A DNA stretch of 64,000 nucleotides from an uncultured Candidatus Rokubacteria bacterium (GCA_963743355.1 CAVUPM010000004.1:131845-195844); one strand, 5' to 3'; counted from the first letter of the stretch, positions 1 to 10,384 are shown. Notes: generated by a model from the letters alone, not told the origin. Program-made: numbers and translations.

Positions 1-138
1 TACGCCACGCCTGCAACTTGCGCCCGAAAGGCTTCGCGTGCGTCACACCGGTCCTAGGCCGCGCCTGCCGCGGGTGTTAAGAGACAAGCGGAACCCGTTG
101 CGGCGCGACGATCCACCGGCTACGCTCGCCCACGATCC

Positions 139-858
139 ATGAGGCCCCGGCTGAGCGCTCTCATCGCGGCGGCCGTCGTCGCGGGGTGCGTCACCAGCAC
201 GCCGCTCCGCGAGTCCCCACCCGCCGCCCTGCGTCTGCTCCCTGCCGAGCCGACGGCGTCGGTCCTCTATGTTGCGCTGGGCGACAGCACGGTGGAGGGC
301 GTCGGCGCCAGCTCTCCCGCCCGCAACTACGTGGGCCAACTTCACGAGCGGCTCAGCGCGGTCTATCCCCGCGCGCGGGTAATGAACCTCGGGGTAGGGG
401 GCGCCACGGCCTCCGGGGTCCTGAGCCGGCAGCTCCCGCGGGCCCTCAAGCTCCGGCCCGATCTCGTCACGCTTTCGGTCGGCCCCAACGACATCACCGG
501 CAAGCGGGATCTCGAGAGCTACGCTCGCGACATCGACGCGATCCTCCGGATGCTCACGCGCCAGACGGGCGCCGTTGTGGTCGTCAATCTCATCCCCGAT
601 CTCACGGTCACGCCCCGGTTCAGGGGCAAGGCGATCGAGGCGCGGGTGCGCAAGCGCGTGGTCGCTTTCAACGAGATCCTGGCCCTTCAGGCGCGCGGGT
701 ACGGGGCGGAAGTCGTGGACCTCTACACCGCGAGCCAGCGCGAGGTGCCGGCCCGCCCGCATCTCATCGGGCCCGACCGCTATCATCCGTCGGACGACGG
801 GTACGCGCGCTGGGCCGAACTGATGTGGGCAGGCATTGAGGCGCGGATCATGCGCTAA
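139..858 (+). CDS. SGNH/GDSL-family hydrolase, probable lipoprotein
   Basis: 239-aa ORF. It has a GDS block (YVALGDSTVEG), GVGGAT and GPNDI blocks, and a C-terminal DRYHPSDDGY (DxxH). The N-terminal hydrophobic stretch ends in a lipobox-like VAGC. Confidence 0.85.
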   Translation: MRPRLSALIAAAVVAGCVTSTPLRESPPAALRLLPAEPTASVLYVALGDSTVEGVGASSPARNYVGQLHERLSAVYPRARVMNLGVGGATASGVLSRQLPRALKLRPDLVTLSVGPNDITGKRDLESYARDIDAILRMLTRQTGAVVVVNLIPDLTVTPRFRGKAIEARVRKRVVAFNEILALQARGYGAEVVDLYTASQREVPARPHLIGPDRYHPSDDGYARWAELMWAGIEARIMR

Positions 859-1074
859 CGGTCGCGATAGAGACCAGTGAGATTTGGATCTTGTTCAGGG
901 ACACGTAGACCGAGTTCCGATTTGCTGAAGCAGACTCCGCCGTAGATCTTGAATCCGTACCTCAGCTGCCCTACCTTTGCCGTGTCCCACCCCTTTGTTG
1001 GCGGGAGATGGCGCTATGGTCGATGACGCACCCTGCGGCAATGCGAGACCGCTCGGCGTGGGGAAGACCCGCCA

Positions 1075-2718
1075 ATGAACTGGCGGGACGCCCACCGCCT
1101 GTGGGCAGCTCTTCGCTCCTGGTGGTATCCGCGCTTCCCCGTGAGCAGGGAGCCTGGCCAGGGGGCTGAAGTACGCCGGGCTGAAGCACGCCTGGCATTT
1201 ATTGCTGACCGGGTTCCGGTATTCATCGCGCAGCTTGACGAGCAGGAACGCCACGTGTTCGTCAATCGCCCGTACGCCGCGTACTATGGCCGCCGCCCCG
1301 AAGACATTATCGGTAGGCCCTTACGTGAGGTGGCGGGAGAGCAGGCATACGCCGAACTTCGGCCTCGCGTACAGGGCGTTTTCGGTGAGGGCCGCGACGC
1401 CATATGGGAGACCGCGGAAGGGGCCAAGCACTTCCAGTTCCGAGCGACCATCGCTCGAGGCGACGACGGCCACACGCACGGCCTGCTCCTTGTCGGGACG
1501 GATATCACCAAGCGCAAACTGACAGAAGTCGAGCTGGAGCGCGCGAAGCGCGAGGCTGAGGCCGCGAGCCGCGCGAAGGAGGATTTCCTGGCGGTTCTCT
1601 CGCACGAACTGCGGACCCCCTTGAGCGCAGTCTACGGCTGGGCGCGGATGCTGCGCTCGGGCCAGCTCCAGGCCGAGGCCGCCGAGCGGGCGCTGGACGT
1701 CATCGTGCGAAACGTCGACGCCCAGGTGCAGCTCATCGACGACCTACTCGACGTGTCACGGATCATCGCGGGCAAGATGCGCCTCGACGTACGTCCGGTC
1801 GATCTTGAGGCGGTCATCCGGGCAGCAATCGACGCGGTGCGGCCTGCCGCCGACTCGAAGGAGATACGGCTCCAGTGCGTGCTGGACCCACGGGCCGTCG
1901 GGATCACCGGCGACCCGGACCGGTTGCAGCAGGTGGTCTGGAACCTCTTGATCAACGCCGTGAAGTTCACGCCGAAGCGCGGTCGAGTTCAGGTCCACCT
2001 GCAGCGTACCAATTCGCACGTCGAGATCGTCGTCAGTGACACTGGACAGGGGATCAGCGAGGAGCAGCTGCCCCATCTCTTCGAGCGCTTCCATCAAGCG
2101 GACAGCACGAGCACCCGCTCGCACACCGGGCTCGGCCTCGGGCTGGCTCTTGTGCGCCATCTCGTCGAGTTACACGGCGGTAAGGTCACCGCACAGAGTC
2201 CTGGCGAGGGCCAAGGGGCCACGTTTACCGTCGAGTTGCCGGTAGCGATCGTTCATCATGAGCGGGAAAGGGAAGCACGGGTGCATCCGACGGCCCGAAC
2301 GGTTCTCCTCAGCGCTGCTGGGCCGTCACTTCGTGGACTCCGGGTGCTCGTCGTGGACGACGATCGAGACAGCCTCGACCTCATACACTCCATCTTGGTC
2401 AGTTCAGGCGCTGAAGCTCGGGGATGCGCCTCGGCGTCGGAGGGTTTGAAGGTTGTCCAGGAATGGCGACCACACGTTCTGATCTCCGACATCGAGATGC
2501 CAGGAGAGGACGGTTACACGTTCATCCGAAAGGTACGTGCCCTCGACTTCACCAGAGGTGGCAAGACCCCTGCGCTTGCGCTTACGGCATACGGCAGAGT
2601 CGAGGATCGCTTACGGACGCTCTCAGCCGGGTACAGTATGCATGTCCCGAAGCCGGTCGATCCGGCCGAACTGGAAGTTATCGTGGCCAGCTTGGCCGGG
2701 CGTTCCTCAGAGGCTTGA
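1075..2718 (+). CDS. hybrid sensor histidine kinase / response regulator with PAS-like input
   Basis: 547-aa ORF with H-box SHELRTPL, N box NLLINAVKFT, and G boxes DTGQGI and GLGLGLA. The C-terminal receiver shows VLVVDDD, ISDIEMPGEDG and a KP motif. The PAS-like N-terminal region includes GTDITKRK. Confidence 0.9.
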   Translation: MNWRDAHRLWAALRSWWYPRFPVSREPGQGAEVRRAEARLAFIADRVPVFIAQLDEQERHVFVNRPYAAYYGRRPEDIIGRPLREVAGEQAYAELRPRVQGVFGEGRDAIWETAEGAKHFQFRATIARGDDGHTHGLLLVGTDITKRKLTEVELERAKREAEAASRAKEDFLAVLSHELRTPLSAVYGWARMLRSGQLQAEAAERALDVIVRNVDAQVQLIDDLLDVSRIIAGKMRLDVRPVDLEAVIRAAIDAVRPAADSKEIRLQCVLDPRAVGITGDPDRLQQVVWNLLINAVKFTPKRGRVQVHLQRTNSHVEIVVSDTGQGISEEQLPHLFERFHQADSTSTRSHTGLGLGLALVRHLVELHGGKVTAQSPGEGQGATFTVELPVAIVHHEREREARVHPTARTVLLSAAGPSLRGLRVLVVDDDRDSLDLIHSILVSSGAEARGCASASEGLKVVQEWRPHVLISDIEMPGEDGYTFIRKVRALDFTRGGKTPALALTAYGRVEDRLRTLSAGYSMHVPKPVDPAELEVIVASLAGRSSEA

Positions 2719-2917
2719 CTAACAGCCCGACGGTGGTGGCCCCAACGGGATTTGGTTGTCAGTTTGATATAGTCGCTGATCGTGTCCTCGCTGTGGCGAC
2801 ACCGTGAGTTCCTGAAGTTCTGGGCCGGCTCGGCGATCTCCGACGTCGGCTCGCAGGTCACCCTGCTCGCGGTGCCGCTGATCGCCGCGCTGACCCTGCG
2901 AGGCCACGCCCTGGCAG

Positions 2918-4171
2918 ATGGGGCTCCTCGCGGCGGCGGGAGGGGCGCCCATCCTGCTGGTCGGACTCTTCGCCGGCGTGTGGGTCGATCGCGTGCGGCG
3001 CCGGCCGGTCATGATCGCCACCGATCTCGGCCGCGCCGCGCTGCTGCTGGTGATTCCGCTGGCCGCGGTGACCGGCGTGCTGCGCATCGAGATCCTGTAC
3101 GCGGTGCTGCTGCTGACCGGCGCGCTCACGGTGCTCTTCGACGTGGCGAACATGTCGTTGCTCCCCTCGCTGGTCACGTCCGATCGCATCGTCGAGGGCA
3201 ACAGCAAGCTCCAGTCGACGGCGGCGGCGGCCCAGGTGGCGGGACCGAGCGTGGGCGGCGTGCTGGTGAGCCTCATGACCGCGCCGTTCGCCCTGCTCGT
3301 CGACGCGCTCTCGTTCCTGTTCTCGGCCGCGTTCATCGCGCGCACCCGTGTGCCCGAGGCGGCGCCGGACACGCGCGGCGCGCGCGCGGGCGTCGTGGGG
3401 GAGATCACCGAGGGCGTGCGCGTGGTGATCCACGACCGCATCCTCCGGGCGCTCGCCGGCGCGTCGGCCACCACGATCCTGTTCGGCCGCATGTTCATGG
3501 CGGTCTACGTGCTCTACATGACGCGCGACCTCGGCCTGAGCGCGATGGGCGTCGGCCTGGTCTTCGCGACCGGCGGCGTGGGATCGTTCGCCGGCTCGGT
3601 CGTCGCCGAACCGCTGGCCCGGCGCTTCGGCCCGGGGCCGACCATGATCGGCGCGCAGGTCGCCTTCGGCCTCACGGGCATGATGGTGCCGCTCGCGGTG
3701 CTCGTCCCGTCGTGGGCGCTGGCGATGGTCGTCGCCTCGGAGTTCGCCCAGTGGATGGCGATCCTGATCTACTGGGTGGTCGCGATCAGCGTGCGCCAGG
3801 CCATCGCCCCCGACCGCGTGCTCGGACGCGTCAACGCGACCATGCGGTTCCTGGCCGGCGGCGCCAACCCCATCGGCGCCGTGATCGGAGGCGCGCTCGG
3901 CGGCGTGATCGGCGTGCCCCTCACGCTGGTCGTCGCGTCGTTCGGGATGCTGTTGGGATTCCTCTGGCCGCTGCTGTCGCCGGTCCGCGGGCTCTTCCTG
4001 ATGCCGGCGATGGATCACGCGGACGCGGCCCCCGGGCGAGCCCGCCACCGCGGCGCGGTGACGCCGCTCCTCGACGATCTCGTCTTAAAGCTCTTCGACT
4101 CGCTGTATCAGCAGATGCCGATCGGACACATGCTCGTTTGGAAGGCGCGGCAGCCGGTAAAGCCCACTTAA
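2918..4171 (+). CDS. MFS transporter (EntS/MFS_3-like), probably frameshifted at its 5' end
   Basis: 417-aa ORF made of repeated hydrophobic helices, with a WVDRVRRRP loop typical of this MFS group. The expected first helix (MSSLWRHREFLKFWAGSAISDVGSQVTLLAVPLIAALTL) is encoded from 2782 in another frame. Confidence 0.8.
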   Translation: MGLLAAAGGAPILLVGLFAGVWVDRVRRRPVMIATDLGRAALLLVIPLAAVTGVLRIEILYAVLLLTGALTVLFDVANMSLLPSLVTSDRIVEGNSKLQSTAAAAQVAGPSVGGVLVSLMTAPFALLVDALSFLFSAAFIARTRVPEAAPDTRGARAGVVGEITEGVRVVIHDRILRALAGASATTILFGRMFMAVYVLYMTRDLGLSAMGVGLVFATGGVGSFAGSVVAEPLARRFGPGPTMIGAQVAFGLTGMMVPLAVLVPSWALAMVVASEFAQWMAILIYWVVAISVRQAIAPDRVLGRVNATMRFLAGGANPIGAVIGGALGGVIGVPLTLVVASFGMLLGFLWPLLSPVRGLFLMPAMDHADAAPGRARHRGAVTPLLDDLVLKLFDSLYQQMPIGHMLVWKARQPVKPT

Positions 4172-4654
4172 ACGATCTGAGGTCAGACGTGTTTCCAGCG
4201 GTCCCATTCGAACGGGCTAGCGATAGTGCCCTGAAGAGCTTGCGCGCGCCACTCGGGTGGTGCTGACGATTCGACCGATCGGCAGTTTGTTGACCGCGGT
4301 GTTGAACGCATGCTCGTCAGCAGCAATGGCGTGATCGAAGACTTCACGGACGTGATCTCCCGTGTCGCACATCGCCGTGCGTGTGAAGTGCGCCGAGCCC
4401 GTTACTGGTACTCGCCGGGAAGCGACCTGATCACTGGTGACGCGTCTTGCGCGATCTGATGCTCGTGCCGAGCGAAATTCGCCGCGTCGCAAGCGCGCAG
4501 GCGCCGAGGATCGCGAACTGGTCTCCGCCATGACGATGTCGGTGGGAGGTTTGCCCCGACGCTTGACCTGGCCGGGCGGCGGTCCCACTATGGGGGCGCT
4601 TCGGCCAGGAACCGCGGTTGATTCCGTGAAGGCTCACTCGCCGGGAGGTGTCAC

Positions 4655-6223
4655 ATGGGTCATCGGAAGACTTCGTGGGCAACCATCGCTCTGACCGTCG
4701 TCGCGCTCTGCCTCGCGGGCCCGACCCCTGATGCCGCCGGCCAGAAGAAGGGCGGCGTTCTCAAGGTGGGCAATCTGGGCGAGCCGCCCACCCTGGACGC
4801 GCACTGGACGACGGCGACGATCACCGAGGTGCTGACCAACCACATCTACGAAGGTCTCTACTCGGTCGACGCCAAGGCGCAGCCGATCCCGATGCTCGCC
4901 GAGGGCATGCCGGCGGTGTCCAAGGACGGGCTCAACTACACGTTCAAGCTGCGCCAGGGGATCAAGTTCCACAACGGCAAGGAGATGACCTCCGCCGACG
5001 TGGTGGCCTCGCTGAACCGCTGGGGCGCGCAGTCGACCTACGGCAAGACGCTCTACGCGCGGGTGGCCGAGGTGCGCGCCGTCGACAAGTACACCGTGCA
5101 GATGCAGCTCAAGGAGAAGACGGCCACCGTCCTCATCTCCCTGGCCATCCCCAACAACTTCGCGGCCATCTACCCCAAGGAGGTCGTCGACAAGTTCAAG
5201 CCGGCCGAGAAGGCCACCGAGTACGTCGGGACCGGCCCCTTCAAGCTCGTCGAGTGGAAGCCGGATCGGCACATCAAGATGGTGCGCTTCGACGATTACC
5301 AGCCGCGCAAGGAGCCGGCCTCGGGCTACGGCGGGCGCAAGGTCGTCCACATCAACGAGCTGCTGTGGCTCCCCGTCCCCGACGCCGCCACCCGGGTGGC
5401 CCAGATCGAGACGGGCGAGCTGGACTTCGCTGACGACCTCGACCTGAACGCCTACGACCGGCTCAAGAAGACGGCGGGCGTGCAGCCGATCGTCGCCAAG
5501 CCCTACTACTGGCTCGTCGCGGTCTTCAACAAGAAGGAAGGCCTGATGACGAACCAGAAACTCCGTCAGGCCTGGCAGGCGGCGCTGGACATGGAGCCCA
5601 TCATGAAGACCGTCGCCGGCGGCCACGCGGAGCTGTACCGCCTCGACTCCAGCCTGGCCTTCGCGGAGAACGCGCCCTGGCACACGAAGGTCCAGGGGCT
5701 GCCGTGGAACGAGCACAACCGTGAGAAGGCCAAGCGCCTCCTGCGCGAGGCCGGCTACAAGGGCGAGCCCATCCGGTTCATGACCACCCAGGAGTACAAG
5801 TGGATGTACGACTTCGCGCTCCTGTCGAAGCAGCAGCTCGAGGACGCGGGGTTCACGATCGATCTCCAGGTGGTGGACTGGGCGACGCTGGTCAAGCGGC
5901 GTAACAACTCCAAGGAGTACGACGCCTTCACCACCGGCATGGGGAACTTCTACGACCCGACCCACCACATCTATCTCGGCCCGAACTGGCCGGGCTGGAC
6001 CGACGACGAGGAGCTCAACCGGCTGCTCTCCGAGCTGGCGGGGGAGACCGACTACAAGAAGCGGTTCGCGCTGTGGGAGCGGGTGACGCGGACGTTCTAC
6101 GACCGGGTGCCCGTGGCGCGGTACGGCGACCTCTTTGGGCTGCGGGCCACGCGCACCCACGTCAAGGGCTTCGACGCGACGCTCATGCGGCCGCGCTTCC
6201 ACAACGTCTGGCTGGAGAAGTAG
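4655..6223 (+). CDS. ABC transporter substrate-binding protein, family 5 (DppA/OppA/NikA type)
   Basis: 522-aa ORF with an N-terminal signal peptide. It has the family-5 style core (KFHNGKEMTSADVVASLNRW). Two Dpp-type permease genes follow directly. Confidence 0.9.
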   Translation: MGHRKTSWATIALTVVALCLAGPTPDAAGQKKGGVLKVGNLGEPPTLDAHWTTATITEVLTNHIYEGLYSVDAKAQPIPMLAEGMPAVSKDGLNYTFKLRQGIKFHNGKEMTSADVVASLNRWGAQSTYGKTLYARVAEVRAVDKYTVQMQLKEKTATVLISLAIPNNFAAIYPKEVVDKFKPAEKATEYVGTGPFKLVEWKPDRHIKMVRFDDYQPRKEPASGYGGRKVVHINELLWLPVPDAATRVAQIETGELDFADDLDLNAYDRLKKTAGVQPIVAKPYYWLVAVFNKKEGLMTNQKLRQAWQAALDMEPIMKTVAGGHAELYRLDSSLAFAENAPWHTKVQGLPWNEHNREKAKRLLREAGYKGEPIRFMTTQEYKWMYDFALLSKQQLEDAGFTIDLQVVDWATLVKRRNNSKEYDAFTTGMGNFYDPTHHIYLGPNWPGWTDDEELNRLLSELAGETDYKKRFALWERVTRTFYDRVPVARYGDLFGLRATRTHVKGFDATLMRPRFHNVWLEK

Positions 6224-6280
6224 GCTCACCCGGCGGGGGTCGTCCGCGCCGTCCGCGCTGACGGTCCCCGCCTTATCGCC

Positions 6281-7225
6281 GTGACCACCTATCTCTTCCG
6301 GCGCCTGCTGGCGCTCCTGCCCGTGATGCTGGTCGTCGTCACGATCGTGTTCTTCCTCATCCACCTGATCCCCGGCGACCCGGTGGCCGTCATCCTGGGG
6401 CCGGAGGCCAACGCCCAGCAGATCGAGGACGCGCGCCGCGAGCTGGGCCTCGACCGGCCGCTGCACGAGCAGCTCGTGCGCTTCTACGGGCGGCTGCTCC
6501 GCGGCGACCTCGGCCGCTCGTACTTCCTCGACCGCCCGGTGACGACGGCGCTGGTGGAGCGCGCCGAGCCCACGCTGGTCCTGATGGCCAGCGCGCTGTT
6601 CGTGGCCGTGCTGATCGGCGTTCCGTCGGGGATCGTGGCCGGCGCGTACCCAGGCTCCGGCTGGGATCGGGTGCTCATGACGGCGGCCCTGCTCGGCGTG
6701 TGCGTCCCCGGGTTCTGGCTCAGCCTCAACTTCATCTATCTCTTCTCGGTGCGACTCGGCTGGCTGCCGGTGGCGGGCTACGCGTCCGTCTTCTCGGACC
6801 CGGTGGCCGCCCTCCGGCACATGCTGCTGCCGGCCGTCTCCCTCGGTTTCAGCCAGTCCGCCCTCATTGCTCGCATCGCCCGGTCGTGCATGATCGAGGT
6901 CCTGCGCCAGGACTACATCCGCACCGCGCGGGCCAAGGGCCTCGCCGAGCGCAGCGTCATCTACCTGCACGCCTTCCGCAACGCCCTGGTGCCGGTCGTG
7001 ACCGTGATCGGCATCACCATGGCCATCCTCATCGGCGGTGCCGTGGTCACCGAGATCGTGTTCAATATCCCCGGCCTGGGCCGGCTCATCATCTCGGCGA
7101 TCCTCCGGCGGGACTATCCGGTCGTGCAGGGCGTGGTGCTGCTGACCGCGGCGGCCTACATGCTGATCAACCTGGCGGTGGACATGGTGTATGCGTTCAT
7201 CGACCCGCGCATCCGGTATGTCTGA
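6281..7225 (+). CDS. ABC transporter permease (DppB/OppB-like)
   Basis: 314-aa ORF. The N-terminus YLFRRLLALLPVMLVVVTIVFFLIHLIPGDP and the loop IRTARAKGLAERSVIYLHAFRNAL are typical of DppB-type permeases. Confidence 0.92.
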   Translation: MTTYLFRRLLALLPVMLVVVTIVFFLIHLIPGDPVAVILGPEANAQQIEDARRELGLDRPLHEQLVRFYGRLLRGDLGRSYFLDRPVTTALVERAEPTLVLMASALFVAVLIGVPSGIVAGAYPGSGWDRVLMTAALLGVCVPGFWLSLNFIYLFSVRLGWLPVAGYASVFSDPVAALRHMLLPAVSLGFSQSALIARIARSCMIEVLRQDYIRTARAKGLAERSVIYLHAFRNALVPVVTVIGITMAILIGGAVVTEIVFNIPGLGRLIISAILRRDYPVVQGVVLLTAAAYMLINLAVDMVYAFIDPRIRYV

Positions 7226-8153
7226 CGACGGTGGCGGGCGCAGTCCGGCCGCCATGTCTGACGGCGTCGCGGTGAACGAGCGCGCGGTGGTGGCGGGATC
7301 GCCCGCGGCCGCCGGCGGCGCGCGCACGCGGCTGGTGCGCCGCATCCTGCGCAACCCCAACGTCGTCATCGGCGGCACCGTGTTCCTGCTGCTCGTGCTC
7401 GTCGCGCTGTTCGCCGACGCGCTCTCGCCCTACAACCCCACCCGCCTCTACCCGGGTCAGCGCCTCAAGCCGCCGAGCGCGCGGAACATCCTGGGCACCG
7501 ACGAGTTCGGCCGGGACATCGCGAGCCTCGTGCTCCACGGCAGCCGCGTCTCGCTCCTGGTCGGCGGCGTGACGATGATCCTGACGTCCCTGGGCGGCGT
7601 GGTGATCGGGCTCCTCGCCGGCTACTACCGCCGCCTGGACATCGTGATCATGCGCGTGATGGACGGCCTGATGGCGTTTCCGGCCATCCTCCTGGCGATC
7701 GCCCTCATGGCCGCCCGCGGGCCCGGGGTATGGAACGTGATCATCTCGCTCTCGATCGTCTACCTGCCCCGCACCGCCATGCTGATCCGGAGCACCGCCC
7801 TCAGCGTGCGCGAGCTCGATTACGTCCTGGCCGCGCAAGCCCTGGGGCGCGGCGGCCCGGCCATCGCCTTCCGCCACATTCTCCCCAACTGCCTGGGCCC
7901 GCTCCTCGTCCAGGGCACGTTCATCTTCGCCTACGCCGTCCTCGCCGAGGCCATCCTGGGCTTTCTCGGGGTCGGCGTGCCGCCCTACGTCCCGTCATGG
8001 GGCAACGTCATCGCCAGCGGCAAGAACGTGATCCGCGAGGCCTTCTGGGTGAGTGCGTTCCCGGGCGTGGCCCTGACCCTGGCCGGCCTGTCCCTCAACC
8101 TTCTCGGCGACGGCCTCCGCGACACTCTCGATCCGCGGCTCAGGATGGAGTAG
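7218..8153 (+). CDS. ABC transporter permease (DppC/OppC-like)
   Basis: Contains LGTDEFGRDI and YVLAAQALGRGGPAIAFRHILPN motifs. The ATG at 7218 overlaps the stop of the preceding permease (ATGTCTGA). The ORF is also open from 7191. Confidence 0.9.
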   Translation: MSDDGGGRSPAAMSDGVAVNERAVVAGSPAAAGGARTRLVRRILRNPNVVIGGTVFLLLVLVALFADALSPYNPTRLYPGQRLKPPSARNILGTDEFGRDIASLVLHGSRVSLLVGGVTMILTSLGGVVIGLLAGYYRRLDIVIMRVMDGLMAFPAILLAIALMAARGPGVWNVIISLSIVYLPRTAMLIRSTALSVRELDYVLAAQALGRGGPAIAFRHILPNCLGPLLVQGTFIFAYAVLAEAILGFLGVGVPPYVPSWGNVIASGKNVIREAFWVSAFPGVALTLAGLSLNLLGDGLRDTLDPRLRME

Positions 8154-8738
8154 CAGCCACGGGGCTCACGCGCTCGCGTCCGGTGTGGTCCGGTTTGAAT
8201 CCGTCGGCGGCGACATCAGGCTGACAGGCTCGGGCAAAGACGGGGAGGACCTCATCGCGGCATTCGAGCAGCACCGGCCCCTCGGCACATCGAGCACCCG
8301 AGGGCCGCTGACAGCGAGCACCTACATCTTCTTCTCCAGCTTGATGCCCGCGGCTTTGGCTGCCTCGTCGCTTTCGATTTTCGCCATGTGGGACGATCTC
8401 GCCGATGACGGCGTCGATGGAGAGTCGATCTTTTCGTGGGTGTGGGCCGCGCTCGACCGCATCGAGGGCGAACGGCTGCTCGCGGCGTCGTGACACGCCC
8501 CACTCGCCAGTAACATCCCCGGCCGCCCCCCGCGCGTCAGCCGGCCGGGCTGGCCAAAGCGGCTAGTCTGCTTGGGCTGCGGTCGCCCGCGCTCGGCCAG
8601 CGGGCCGGGCGATCGGCTGTGTCGGGAGCCGTGTCGGCGTCAGGCCGCTGAACGTGCGGCCGCGCTCGGGGAGCGTTAGCGCGTCGATCCCGCTGCATCT
8701 TGCCAAGTCTGCCTGCCCCAGCGTGCTACGCTGCCACC

Positions 8739-9461
8739 ATGGGTGACAATTCGGCGATTGAGTGGACGGACGCGACGTGGAATCCGGTCACCGGGTGCAC
8801 CAAGATCTCACCGGGCTGCAAGCACTGCTACGCCGAGCGCCTCGCGGTGCGGCTGCACGCGATGGGGAATCCGCGCTACCGCCGCGGCTTCGAAGTCACG
8901 CTCCACGAGGACCAACTCGATCTGCCGCTCCGCTGGAAACACCCACGTCGCATCTTCGTCAACTCCATGAGCGACCTTTTCCACGACGACGTGCCTGACG
9001 CGTTCATCGTGCGCGCGTTCGAGGTGATGACGTCGGCCCACTGGCACACGTTCCAAGTTCTGACGAAGCGCGCCGAGCGCCTGGCCGCCCTCGCGCCGCA
9101 GCTATCATGGGCGCCGAATATCTGGCAGGGCGTGTCCGTCGAATCCCGCCGCTACGTCGGCCGGATCGACTGCCTCCGCACGGTCCCGGCCGCGGTCCGC
9201 TTCCTGTCGCTTGAGCCCCTGCTCGGCCCACTTCCCGGTCTCGATCTTCGGGCGATCCACTGGGTCATCGTCGGCGGTGAGAGTGGGCCTGGGCATCGCG
9301 TCATCCGGCCCGAATGGGTACGAGACATCCGCGACCAGTGCCTGCAGGTAGAGGTCGCGTTCTTCTTAAAGCAGTGGGGCGGGCACACTCCCAAGGCCGG
9401 AGGCCGAACGCTAGACGGCCAAGTGTGGGACGCGATGCCCCGCGATCTCGCGACTGTCTAG
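8739..9461 (+). CDS. DUF5131 / phage Gp37-Gp68 family three-Cys protein
   Basis: N-terminus [28 protein letters not shown] carries three Cys. Further blocks are [31 protein letters not shown] and FFLKQWGG, recalled from Pfam PF07505. The ATG at 8739 has no SD. The ORF is open from a TTG at 8700. Confidence 0.8.
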   Translation: MGDNSAIEWTDATWNPVTGCTKISPGCKHCYAERLAVRLHAMGNPRYRRGFEVTLHEDQLDLPLRWKHPRRIFVNSMSDLFHDDVPDAFIVRAFEVMTSAHWHTFQVLTKRAERLAALAPQLSWAPNIWQGVSVESRRYVGRIDCLRTVPAAVRFLSLEPLLGPLPGLDLRAIHWVIVGGESGPGHRVIRPEWVRDIRDQCLQVEVAFFLKQWGGHTPKAGGRTLDGQVWDAMPRDLATV

Positions 9462-10366
9462 CCAGGTCTTGGCGGAATCCTCCAGCCGAAGGTCTCCTGT
9501 TCTCCGTCAGAGCGCACGGCTGCTTCGTACGCTCGGCTCATGAACGTGACGGCGGCGGGATGATCAGTAGCGTGGATCATGTGAAACATCACAGGGCCGC
9601 GCGTGCCTGCGCCGTAGATCGGCCACGCAAGCACGTGACGATATCCGAGTTCCTCTTTGAATCGCCTCACGAAGATCTCTGCACGCTCGTTCGCTCGCAA
9701 TCCGCGTAGAGCACGCCAGTCAGGACCGCCCCACCAGGCGGTTGGTGGCACCGGATCTTCCTGCTCAGCGATCGCGCGATCCATCCAACGGTTCGCCAGG
9801 AAGTAGAAGATCTCAATCTTGTAGTTGCCTGCGGGCTTGCACCGGGCGATCGCCTCAACCGTTGTCCAGTGGCACTCGAATGTGCGCTGATCGAGTAGAC
9901 AGAACGTCGCCTCTCTCGGCGTGATGACCGACGACGCCAGCAGTTCCAGCATCCGGACGTCCATGTCGCCAGGCCACACGCGAATCGTGCGTCCTGCGTC
10001 GGCAGCGTGAACGATGGCCAGTGCGTTGAGCGCCTCGATGCCGTCTCGACTTTGCTCGAACAGATGGAAGTGCCGCAGTTGCTCGACGCCAAGCACCAGC
10101 TTCGCCGCCCACGACTCCGAGCCATCAGGGGCTTGCGCTTCTTGAGGACCAGCGAAGCCGTCCAGATACGTCCCGTGATGCGTGACTTGAACGAAGAGGT
10201 AGAGGTACTCGCGGACGAGGGCAGCCTTGTTCCGAGTCCACAGCGCGCGGTGGATCGGCCGCACCGTGGGTGGCTTGTCGACTGGAGTCGACGGGGGTAG
10301 AGCGAAGAGATTGTCCTGGGCTCCTCGCCCCTGTGACGCAGTCTCGTCACCATCCGAGATTGTCAA
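9458..10366 (-). CDS. TcmP-like three-Cys-motif partner protein
   Basis: 302-aa ORF with a TTG start. The N-terminal block [32 protein letters not shown] resembles the TIGR04474 signature as I recall it (W-T-x-x-K ... YL ... Y-x-D-x-F-A-G). It lies next to a DUF5131 gene. This needs HMM confirmation. Confidence 0.6.
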   Translation of the reverse strand: MTISDGDETASQGRGAQDNLFALPPSTPVDKPPTVRPIHRALWTRNKAALVREYLYLFVQVTHHGTYLDGFAGPQEAQAPDGSESWAAKLVLGVEQLRHFHLFEQSRDGIEALNALAIVHAADAGRTIRVWPGDMDVRMLELLASSVITPREATFCLLDQRTFECHWTTVEAIARCKPAGNYKIEIFYFLANRWMDRAIAEQEDPVPPTAWWGGPDWRALRGLRANERAEIFVRRFKEELGYRHVLAWPIYGAGTRGPVMFHMIHATDHPAAVTFMSRAYEAAVRSDGEQETFGWRIPPRPG

Positions 10367-10384
10367 CGTCGGACGTCCCGCGCC

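Noticed and set aside
895-1265. Minus-strand ORFs of 75-119 aa in the gap before the histidine kinase gene
   Set aside because: No motifs and no SD. They overlap the kinase 5' region and look like chance ORFs in promoter DNA.
4201-4217. GTCCCATTCGAACGGGC, a tRNA T-loop-like hairpin
   Set aside because: The position equivalent to G53 is wrong, the stem has a mismatch, and no acceptor stem or CCA context follows. It may be a chance hairpin.
4634-7378. 914-aa minus-strand ORF spanning the first ABC locus
   Set aside because: The translation is Arg/Gly/Asp/His-rich low complexity with no family motifs. It is entirely antisense to three plus-strand genes with clear SBP and permease signatures. 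Long antisense ORFs are expected at this GC content.
8192-8202. GGTTTGAATCC, reminiscent of a tRNA T-arm/T-loop
   Set aside because: The flanking bases do not form a T-stem, and no acceptor or anticodon arms can be drawn around it.
8185-8493. 102-aa plus-strand ORF (and competing minus-strand ORFs 8140-8496 and 8322-8516) just after the first ABC locus
   Set aside because: Third-position GC is fairly high in the plus frame. There is no recognisable motif, no clear SD, and three mutually exclusive frames. I cannot decide whether any of them is coding.
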